From Parcubacteria group bacterium (GTDB taxonomy: Bacteria; Patescibacteriota; Minisyncoccia; Moranbacterales; UBA11712), in contig JBAZYY010000001.1 in assembly GCA_041659065.1 (NCBI GenBank), positions 274,228 through 338,227 on the forward strand: DNA of 64,000 bases, read 5' to 3'. The position numbers and the translations under genes are program-made. Shown here piece after piece: positions 57,168 to 64,000 of the stretch. The notes below the pieces were generated by a model, which saw only the letters and a list, made by a program, of their open reading frames with translations, did not search any database and was not told the DNA's origin. The number at the start of each line of letters is the position of its first letter. Position 1 is the first letter of the stretch.

Positions 57168-57695
57168 TCACATTAAACCCGACAGCTCCAATAAATTTAA
57201 TGCTGTGATCGTAGGGCCATCTTTAATTTTTCCAACTCTTATCATCTCTCGAAGTTCTGTTAAAGTAACTTTCTTTATCTCCATGCCTTCCTCTGTCTCC
57301 TCGCGATTAAATTTGCCTTCAGAAAGATCGGTGGCAAAAAATACAAAACATTCTTGGCCGATTGCGCCCGGACCTATCCAAAATGATCCGATTTTTTTGA
57401 TTGTTTTCGCCGTTTGCCCTGTTTCTTCCTGGAGCTCTTGACTCGCAGTTTGTTTGATGGAATTGTGCTCGTAATGCCCCTGCGGAAATCCCCACGAAAA
57501 TGAATTAACGAAATAACGATACTCACCCACCAGAGTAAATTTTTCGCCATCCCAGGGAATAGTCAGGGCAAATGGTTTCTTATGCACCACTCCGTAAGTA
57601 AGTCTTTTGCCGGATTCAGTTTCGACTTCATCTTCCGTTACCCGCATAAAGCGATTGCGATATACTTCTTCGGATGAAATTTTTTTCCAAGCCAT
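57168..57695 (-). CDS. NUDIX hydrolase (ADP-ribose pyrophosphatase-like)
   Basis: Nudix box GFPQGHYEHNSIKQTASQELQEETG. Confidence 0.75.
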   Translation of the reverse strand: MAWKKISSEEVYRNRFMRVTEDEVETESGKRLTYGVVHKKPFALTIPWDGEKFTLVGEYRYFVNSFSWGFPQGHYEHNSIKQTASQELQEETGQTAKTIKKIGSFWIGPGAIGQECFVFFATDLSEGKFNREETEEGMEIKKVTLTELREMIRVGKIKDGPTITALNLLELSGLM

Positions 57696-57713
57696 AATTT
57701 TTGGTCAAGTTTG

Positions 57714-58187
57714 TCAAATTTCAGAGACTTTTGTTAAGTCGGCAACTTTGCAACGCAGTTTTTTATCCAGGTCGCTGGCGTTGAACTCTAATCCATAGAG
57801 ATGGTTTCCTGAGCCGCAATTTATTACGTCGAGTGCTAGCACATTTTTATCCGTAAACAAACTAACATTCAACATAAATGGGCAGACCGCGCCTGGATCC
57901 ACGCCAGAGGCTTCTTTAACCTGTTTCTCATTTGCAATGGCCATTTCTTCTCCCAGAATGTTCTTTAGGGCCGAAAAGCTGACCTTATCTCTTCCTTTCA
58001 GAAAAACCGCTATGTTTTTTCCGCTTTTTTTGCCTCGCAAGATTATTGTCTTGCAGATTTCATCCGAATTTATTTCTTCATCTGAATATTTTATCACATC
58101 CTCAACTGTGTAGGCCTTGCGAGTAAGCTTAATCAGCCTGTACTTAACCTGCCTTTCGTCCAATATTTTTTCGACTTGTAGTTTCAT
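57714..58187 (-). CDS. ybaK: YbaK/ProX-family aminoacyl-tRNA deacylase
   Basis: YbaK fold (TIILRGKK...VDPGAVCPF). The ORF extends to 58220. Confidence 0.7.
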   Translation of the reverse strand: MKLQVEKILDERQVKYRLIKLTRKAYTVEDVIKYSDEEINSDEICKTIILRGKKSGKNIAVFLKGRDKVSFSALKNILGEEMAIANEKQVKEASGVDPGAVCPFMLNVSLFTDKNVLALDVINCGSGNHLYGLEFNASDLDKKLRCKVADLTKVSEI

Positions 58188-58221
58188 AATTTTAACTCTA
58201 TTTTCCACTGCTTTTTGCAAA

Positions 58222-58668
58222 TTATAAATATTCTTTAGATAAATAATCTTTTACCAATCGTCTGGCTAGATTTGAAAAATTATAATTTTCCAAATTTTCA
58301 TTTTTAGAAAAATAAAAGATACTCTTTCCTTCTTTAAGCTTCAGCTTTTCGGGATTTATATTTCGCGCCATATAAGCGAAAACAAATGTTTCTTCATCTC
58401 GATAATTCTTATCTTTGTAGTTTCCAAAAAAATCCAGGTCTTCTTCTTTAAGCTTGATCATTAACTCCTCTTCAATTTCACGCAAGGCTGCTTCCAGGGG
58501 TTTTTCACCTGTTTCAATTTTACCCCCAAAAGTCGTAATCTTACCAGAGTTATTAATTTTAAAGCCTTTATCTTTTTGCTGAAAGATTAATTTACCATCG
58601 GTAGTGAATAAAATAATAGACGTATATTTATCCATAATACACCGGATTTTATTTACTTTCCGCAACAC
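58222..58668 (-). CDS. NUDIX hydrolase
   Basis: Nudix box FGGKIETGEKPLEAALREIEEEL. Confidence 0.7.
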   Translation of the reverse strand: MLRKVNKIRCIMDKYTSIILFTTDGKLIFQQKDKGFKINNSGKITTFGGKIETGEKPLEAALREIEEELMIKLKEEDLDFFGNYKDKNYRDEETFVFAYMARNINPEKLKLKEGKSIFYFSKNENLENYNFSNLARRLVKDYLSKEYL

Positions 58669-58731
58669 TTCTTATGCGTTAAAAGTATAACATACATTGC
58701 GCTTTAGGACAATTCACTATATAATTTATAT

Positions 58732-59316
58732 ATGCCTAAATGTGTCGTCGCAAACTGCAAAAATTATACCCGTTTCATGAATACGAAGCAGAAGTATTGC
58801 ACCATGCATTTAGCGCGAATTAAAAGGCATGGCTACCCTGAGTTGAAAAAAGACGCTTATCAATCCTTAGAAAAAATGCCTCATGAATTTGTAGATGAAT
58901 TTATCAAGCAAAATTGCCATAAAATGTTCGACGAGGAAATTGCCGCTAAACTAAGTCAAAAAGGAATAAAAGGTATAAGCACTTGGAATGTAAAATATCG
59001 ACGCAGAAAATTAGGCATTAAGAAGTATTCATACGGAGAAATTCAAAAACATAAGGCATGGGTCAGATTACAGGCGATAAAAAAATACGGAAATAAATGT
59101 GAATTATGCGGATACGAACTTTCTATTGACATTCATCATATTAAACCTAAAAGCGAAGGTGGAGCTCATGATGCTAAAAATTTGATGGTAGTTTGTCCCA
59201 ACTGTCACTCATTAATAACAAGAAAAATATTATGGTTAGGGTGTAGAAAGGATATCCCTCGGATAAGAAAAGAAATAAAATTACATTTAAAGAACAATCA
59301 ACCAAATTTTGGATAA
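58732..59316 (+). CDS. HNH endonuclease with N-terminal Cys-rich (zinc-finger-like) region
   Basis: CELCGYELSIDIHHIKPKSEGGAHDAKNLMVVCPNCH. Lone plus-strand gene; its 3' end overlaps the secA stop region by 19 nt. Confidence 0.8.
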   Translation: MPKCVVANCKNYTRFMNTKQKYCTMHLARIKRHGYPELKKDAYQSLEKMPHEFVDEFIKQNCHKMFDEEIAAKLSQKGIKGISTWNVKYRRRKLGIKKYSYGEIQKHKAWVRLQAIKKYGNKCELCGYELSIDIHHIKPKSEGGAHDAKNLMVVCPNCHSLITRKILWLGCRKDIPRIRKEIKLHLKNNQPNFG

Positions 59317-61961
59317 CAACATTTCTTATACTTTACCGGTTTTCCAGTTGCTGGATCAGTTTTCCCGCAGGGGCAAGGATCATTGCGGCCGACCTCATCT
59401 TTATTCCTGATTGTCTGCTGAGCGGGTGCAGATTTTCCGGCCGAATCTTCTTTTGCCGCGGCAAATTGCGCGGGCTGCTCTTGGGCCCCCTGATAGCGGG
59501 CATCGGCCAGAATATTTTGCTGCGGAGCCGGCTCTTCTTTCACTATTCCAACCTTGTAAATCGTATTAACCACGACTCCGCGGATGCTGGCCAGAAGATT
59601 TTGAAACAACAGATATCCTTCTTTTTTGTATTCAACCAGCGGATCCCTTTGTCCGTAGCCACGCAGACCTATACCTTCGCGCATATACTCCATATCATCC
59701 AGATGATTCATCCAAAAAGAATCAATCGCTCTGAGATATACCGCCTTTTCAATTTGCCCAAATATTTCCGGCGTGATTTCCTTTTCTTTTCGGTTATAAC
59801 TCTCTTTAGCCAGCCCCTTCAAATATTCGATAATAGCCGAGACTTTTTGCGCGTCATTCATATGATCTTTTGATCTCTTGAGCTCCAGCAGTCTCTTGAA
59901 AGCATCTTCCGAGATCGGGAAAATGGAATTGAGCTTTTCCTTTATCTCACCCATATCCCAATCCCTATAATCCCCCGAGGTATGCAGACCGACGATCTGC
60001 TCAATCTCCTCTTCGATCATGGAGATGACGTCGTCCTTGAGATTTTCTTTCGTTAAAATTTCTTTTCTTTTCCGATATATTACTTCTCTTTGCTTATTCA
60101 TCACATCATCATATTCAAGGACGTGCTTTCTGATATCGAAATTGAATCCCTCAATTTTCGACTGAGCGCTTTCGATCGAGCGGGAAATCATCTTATTTTC
60201 AATCGGTTGGTCTTCCGGAAGACCGAGTCGATCCATGATATTTTTTACTTTATCGCCTCCAAAACGGCGCATCAATTCGTCTTCGAGTGAAACAAAAAAC
60301 TGAGTGGAGCCTGGATCGCCCTGTCGGCCCGCGCGGCCTCGCAGCTGATTATCGATTCGCCGCGCCTCATGCCGTTCTGTGCCAAGAATATGCAGCCCGC
60401 CAAGTTCCGCCACGCCTTCGCCCAACTTTATATCCGTTCCTCTACCAGCCATATTGGTTGCGATCGTCACGGAGCCTTTTTGCCCAGCCTTGGCGATTAT
60501 CAAGGCTTCTTTTTCATGATTTTTCGCGTTGAGCACTTCATGTTCAACACCCTCCCGTGAGAGCATTTCAGCTAGAACTTCTGATTTTTCAATGGCAATT
60601 GTCCCAACAAGCACCGGCTGTCCCGCTTCGTACCGCTTTTTGATATCATTGATCACCGCGCGAAATTTACCGTTCTCAGTCTTATAAATAATATCCGGAA
60701 GATCCTTCCTTATCATGGGTTGGTTCGTGGGTATAGGGACAACTTCCAGTTCGTAAACCTTATTAAATTCTTCCGCCGACGTGAGGGCCGTACCCGTCAT
60801 TCCCGCCAGCTTTTCATACATCCTGAAATAATTTTGAAAAGTGATGGTCGCAAGTGTCCGGCTTTCCTTCTGTACTTCCACGTTTTCTTTCGCCTCGATC
60901 GCCTGATGAAGCCCTTCGGAATAACGCCGACCAGGCATCAAGCGGCCCGTAAAATCATCAACAATAATCACCTCGCCTTCGCGGACAACATAATCCCTGT
61001 CTCTCTTAAAAAGAATATTCGCCTTGAGCGCTTGCTCCAATTGATGAACATAAGAAATTTTTGAAATGTCATAAATGTTTCCCACGCCCAGCATTTTTTC
61101 CACGTTGGAAATTCCTTCGTCCGTCAGCGACACGGCTCTCGCCTTTTCATCCACCGTAAAATCATCGTTTTCTTTGAGGCGAGGGACTAACTGGGCAAAA
61201 GTCTTATAGAGCTTGGTTGATTCCATATCCGGCGCGCTGATAATAAGTGGGGTCCTCGCTTCATCAATAAGAATGCTGTCCACCTCATCCACGATGGCAT
61301 AATTCAATTCCCGCTGAACGCACTGTGAAATATGCTGGACCATGTTGTCCCGCAAATAATCAAAGCCGAATTCATTGTTCGTGCCATAGGTGATATCAAC
61401 CGCGTAGGCGTCTCGCCTCGAAACCGGTTTTAGATTCTCCATCTCTACGCTTACCTCGTCGCTATCCTTAATTTTTGGCTCATACACAAAAGACTGGTCA
61501 TGCTGAATGCATCCGGTTGAAAGGCCGAGAAAATGATATATTGGCCCCATCCAATTTGCGTCCCGGCGGGACAAGTAATCATTGACCGTCACTACATGAA
61601 CGCCCTTTCCGGAAAGCGCGTTAAGATACACCGCGGCCGTAGCCGTATGAGTCTTTCCCTCCCCGGTTTTCATCTCGGCAATTTTTCCCTGATGGAGCGC
61701 AATGGCGCCGATCAGCTGGACGTCGAACAGCCTTTTGCCGTCGACTCTTTTCACGGCTTCCCGGACAAGCGCATAAGCTTCGGGTAGGATATCATCCATA
61801 GGCTCACCATCTTTGACTCTTTTTTTGAATTCATCCGTTTTTCCTCGAATTTCCTCATCAGACAGCTTCTGCATTTCAGGCTCCAATTGGTTTATTTTAT
61901 CGACAATGGGTTTCAGCTTATTCGCTTCTTTTTCCGCTCCGCCAAAAAGTGCTTTTAATAT
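59298..61961 (-). CDS. secA: preprotein translocase ATPase SecA
   Basis: DEAD-like motor, preprotein-binding domain, and C-terminal zinc-binding tail CPCGK...KKCCYPKFG. The ORF extends to 62000. Confidence 0.95.
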   Translation of the reverse strand: MLKALFGGAEKEANKLKPIVDKINQLEPEMQKLSDEEIRGKTDEFKKRVKDGEPMDDILPEAYALVREAVKRVDGKRLFDVQLIGAIALHQGKIAEMKTGEGKTHTATAAVYLNALSGKGVHVVTVNDYLSRRDANWMGPIYHFLGLSTGCIQHDQSFVYEPKIKDSDEVSVEMENLKPVSRRDAYAVDITYGTNNEFGFDYLRDNMVQHISQCVQRELNYAIVDEVDSILIDEARTPLIISAPDMESTKLYKTFAQLVPRLKENDDFTVDEKARAVSLTDEGISNVEKMLGVGNIYDISKISYVHQLEQALKANILFKRDRDYVVREGEVIIVDDFTGRLMPGRRYSEGLHQAIEAKENVEVQKESRTLATITFQNYFRMYEKLAGMTGTALTSAEEFNKVYELEVVPIPTNQPMIRKDLPDIIYKTENGKFRAVINDIKKRYEAGQPVLVGTIAIEKSEVLAEMLSREGVEHEVLNAKNHEKEALIIAKAGQKGSVTIATNMAGRGTDIKLGEGVAELGGLHILGTERHEARRIDNQLRGRAGRQGDPGSTQFFVSLEDELMRRFGGDKVKNIMDRLGLPEDQPIENKMISRSIESAQSKIEGFNFDIRKHVLEYDDVMNKQREVIYRKRKEILTKENLKDDVISMIEEEIEQIVGLHTSGDYRDWDMGEIKEKLNSIFPISEDAFKRLLELKRSKDHMNDAQKVSAIIEYLKGLAKESYNRKEKEITPEIFGQIEKAVYLRAIDSFWMNHLDDMEYMREGIGLRGYGQRDPLVEYKKEGYLLFQNLLASIRGVVVNTIYKVGIVKEEPAPQQNILADARYQGAQEQPAQFAAAKEDSAGKSAPAQQTIRNKDEVGRNDPCPCGKTDPATGKPVKYKKCCYPKFG

Positions 61962-62175
61962 CATAAAATTAACAATCACAGATTGATGGTCAGTGATCAA
62001 AAAACATTATATTTAACTACCTTATCTTATATTAATCGGGCTCCAAAATCAACAGCAGCTTAATAATTCGCTGCTAATGCCCGGATTAACGGCTGATTAT
62101 ACAAATTAAAGACAGCCCAACCTTTAACAGTATGGACTGCCCTAAAAATCCCCTGCTAATTTTATACGTTAAATC

Positions 62176-62868
62176 CTACTCGTGTTTTTCAGAAATTTCG
62201 TGTCTGATTTTTTTGAGGATCATAGCCGCTTCATCCTTTCCACCCAAACCGAACGCAAGCCCTCCTGCGAGTGCCAGCATGGCGACAAGTCCGATAAACA
62301 AAGTATTGATGAGAGATGCTGCGATTCCAAGTTGAATCAACGCCGCCAAAAATCCAAAAATTACAATCGCCCATTTAGCAACAGTCGCAAGCAGCGTCGC
62401 TGAAACTATCCCGGCAACTTTTGTGCTGCCTCTGACAACCGCGTAAGCGAAATTCGCGACCAGGAAAGCTATGGCAAGTATTACGGCCGCAACTACTACA
62501 TTCGGGAGATATAGAATAATGCTGTTCAGAAAACTGGTCACCTGGACTAGTTTCAAAATATCAGTGGCTGCCATCAAGAAAACTAAAATCAAAAACCATT
62601 TCACAAGCCCACCAAGGAATTTGGCAATATTGATATTTACTCCGGCATTTTTGAATCTAGCTTTAGTCCCGGCTTTTTCAACGGCTTCGTCAACTTTTAG
62701 GACCTTAAAGATATGCTCCACTACCTTCCCCAAAGCCACAGCCACAATCCAACCGGCAACTAAAACCAAAACCGCCCCAACGAGCGCGGGCAGAAAACCA
62801 ACAAACCTATCCCAGAGACTGATCAAGGACATTGTAATCGCTTCTCCCCAAGTTTGAACTGGTTCCAT
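62176..62868 (-). CDS. membrane protein with repeated conserved TM helices (MscS-associated TM_helix-like)
   Basis: Five or six TM helices; weak call. Confidence 0.4.
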   Translation of the reverse strand: MEPVQTWGEAITMSLISLWDRFVGFLPALVGAVLVLVAGWIVAVALGKVVEHIFKVLKVDEAVEKAGTKARFKNAGVNINIAKFLGGLVKWFLILVFLMAATDILKLVQVTSFLNSIILYLPNVVVAAVILAIAFLVANFAYAVVRGSTKVAGIVSATLLATVAKWAIVIFGFLAALIQLGIAASLINTLFIGLVAMLALAGGLAFGLGGKDEAAMILKKIRHEISEKHE

Positions 62869-62962
62869 TCATTCACCTCCCTTCAAGTTTAATTTTATTT
62901 TACCCCTTTTCGCTTATTATAGCAGAAATTACCGCGTAAATCTTGGCGGGTGTGGATAACTT

Positions 62963-64000
62963 TTACTCAACTTCTTCCCAAGGAAATCCAGTTCTGCCGA
63001 AGTGGCCATAGGCTGCTGTTTTCCTGTAAATAGGCCGACGCAAATTTAACTTGTCGATTATTGAAAGGGGTTTGAAGTCATACTTCTTTGTCACCGCTTC
63101 GCTTATACTCTCTCCGCTTTCATTGATTACTTCAACCATCAGAGGCTCCGCCCTTCCAATGGCATATGAAACCGAAACCAAGCAACTTTTCGCGAGCCCG
63201 TTCGCGACAATATTTTTTGCCACAAACCGAGCCATATAAGCCGCCGACCGATCCACTTTGGTCGGATCTTTTCCGGAGAAACAGCCCCCGCCATGCGGAA
63301 TCAGCCCACCATAAGTATCGACCATGATTTTTCTTCCCGTGAGCCCCGCGTCTGCTTCAAAACCGCCTCTTGCAAACTTCCCTGTTGGATTGATCAATAT
63401 CTCAACGTCCTCAAATTTGGAAACCTGGTTTCCAAGAATCGGTTTTATGAGTTTTTCGATCAGTTCTTCTCGAATATTTTCCTGTTCCACAGATTCGTCA
63501 TGCTGAGTGCTGACTAAAACCGTTTTTATTTCATCGCCCGCGATCGTAATTTGAGCTTTGCCATCCGGCTTGAGCCACCCCACTTCTCCGCTTTTTCGCA
63601 AGTTTTCAAGCCCTTGCGTAAGTTTATGCACCAGCGAAACGCCTTTAGGCATGAATTCCGACGTTTCGTCGGTCGCATAGCCATACATAATCCCTTGGTC
63701 GCCCGCACCGCCCGTATCCACCCCCTGCGCGATATCCGGAGACTGCGTGACAATATTAGTGATAATTTTTATTTCATCAGTATGTCCGATTTCCCGATAA
63801 ACTTCCCTCGCAATATTCTCAAAATCAATTTCCGCCTTAGTCGTAATTTCCCCGCCAATGACAAGCAGCCCATGGCTTCCAAAAGCTTCCGCGCCCACGC
63901 GACTCATCGGATCCTGCTCAAGACATGCATCCAGAATCGCATCCGAAATCTGGTCGCAAACTTTGTCCGGGTGCCCGGACGTTACACTTTCAACTGTGTA
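62963..64000 (-). CDS. metK: S-adenosylmethionine synthetase, 5' end beyond window
   Basis: GGGAFSGKDPTKVDRSAAY signature. The frame stays open through 64000 (…SGHPDKVCDQISDAILDA). Confidence 0.9.
   Translation of the reverse strand, partial: YTVESVTSGHPDKVCDQISDAILDACLEQDPMSRVGAEAFGSHGLLVIGGEITTKAEIDFENIAREVYREIGHTDEIKIITNIVTQSPDIAQGVDTGGAGDQGIMYGYATDETSEFMPKGVSLVHKLTQGLENLRKSGEVGWLKPDGKAQITIAGDEIKTVLVSTQHDESVEQENIREELIEKLIKPILGNQVSKFEDVEILINPTGKFARGGFEADAGLTGRKIMVDTYGGLIPHGGGCFSGKDPTKVDRSAAYMARFVAKNIVANGLAKSCLVSVSYAIGRAEPLMVEVINESGESISEAVTKKYDFKPLSIIDKLNLRRPIYRKTAAYGHFGRTGFPWEEVE

Noticed and set aside
1-64000. tRNA, rRNA and CRISPR arrays
   Set aside because: Intergenic regions were scanned for T-loop (GTTCRAATC) and cloverleaf signatures and for regularly spaced direct repeats, and none were found. 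Without a covariance search, tRNAs cannot be completely excluded.

Overview
Low-GC (~40%), gene-dense window whose CDSs lie almost entirely on the minus strand. Together with the small genome-style gene set (PorCDAB, many Nudix genes, a hinge-less SMC, reduced biosynthesis) this suggests a CPR/Patescibacteria-like bacterium; that is inference.

Core content:
- PolX (5' truncated), a P-type cation ATPase, HtrA protease, and a ferredoxin plus PorC-PorD-hypothetical-PorA-PorB pyruvate:ferredoxin oxidoreductase operon.
- A DsbA-like protein and cell-envelope genes (DUF192, MraY/WecA-family transferase, GT2 with QxxRW), RmuC, and glutamine synthetase.
- rplJ-rplL, MltG, a DUF2207 protein, HPF, and an MFS transporter.
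- A dcw fragment (ftsW-murG-murC-murB) and trmD.
- Further right: khpA-rpsP, a short SMC, rnc, nusB, tyrS, a metallophosphoesterase, three more Nudix genes plus YbaK, a plus-strand HNH endonuclease, secA, and metK (5' truncated).

The striking part is a ~15.7-kb accessory/defense island (about 32.8-48.5 kb) sitting between trmD/GNAT and khpA-rpsP, genes that normally form one conserved operon. It contains:
- A ~6-kb cassette-like array (Nudix, hypothetical, Fic plus two partners, PaaX-like regulator, PRTase-like, membrane protein). Each transcription unit is preceded by a copy of a repeated module carrying TACGTA-centred palindromes, a CCGGCGGGGGA box about 20 nt before the start codon and, in the long copies, a TATAAT. 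Each unit is followed by a conserved hairpin, TTCCTAAAGT-N4-ACTTTAGGAA.
- A Fic three-gene block bracketed by 51-bp direct repeats.
- A BcgI/type-I-like R-M locus: an MTase with an N-terminal PD-(D/E)xK domain plus a separate HsdS. It is interrupted by a GIY-YIG nuclease, a hypothetical, and a fused OLD-family ATPase-TOPRIM (PARIS/Gabija-like) gene.
- Two tiny genes downstream of hsdS, one encoding a 55-aa (PP[KR])10 proline-rich peptide with a perfect Shine-Dalgarno sequence.
- An AbrB/MazE-like gene and a TATCACT direct-repeat operator candidate upstream of the MTase.
- GC-richer small genes with repeated terminator elements.

No rRNA, tRNA or CRISPR array was recognised.
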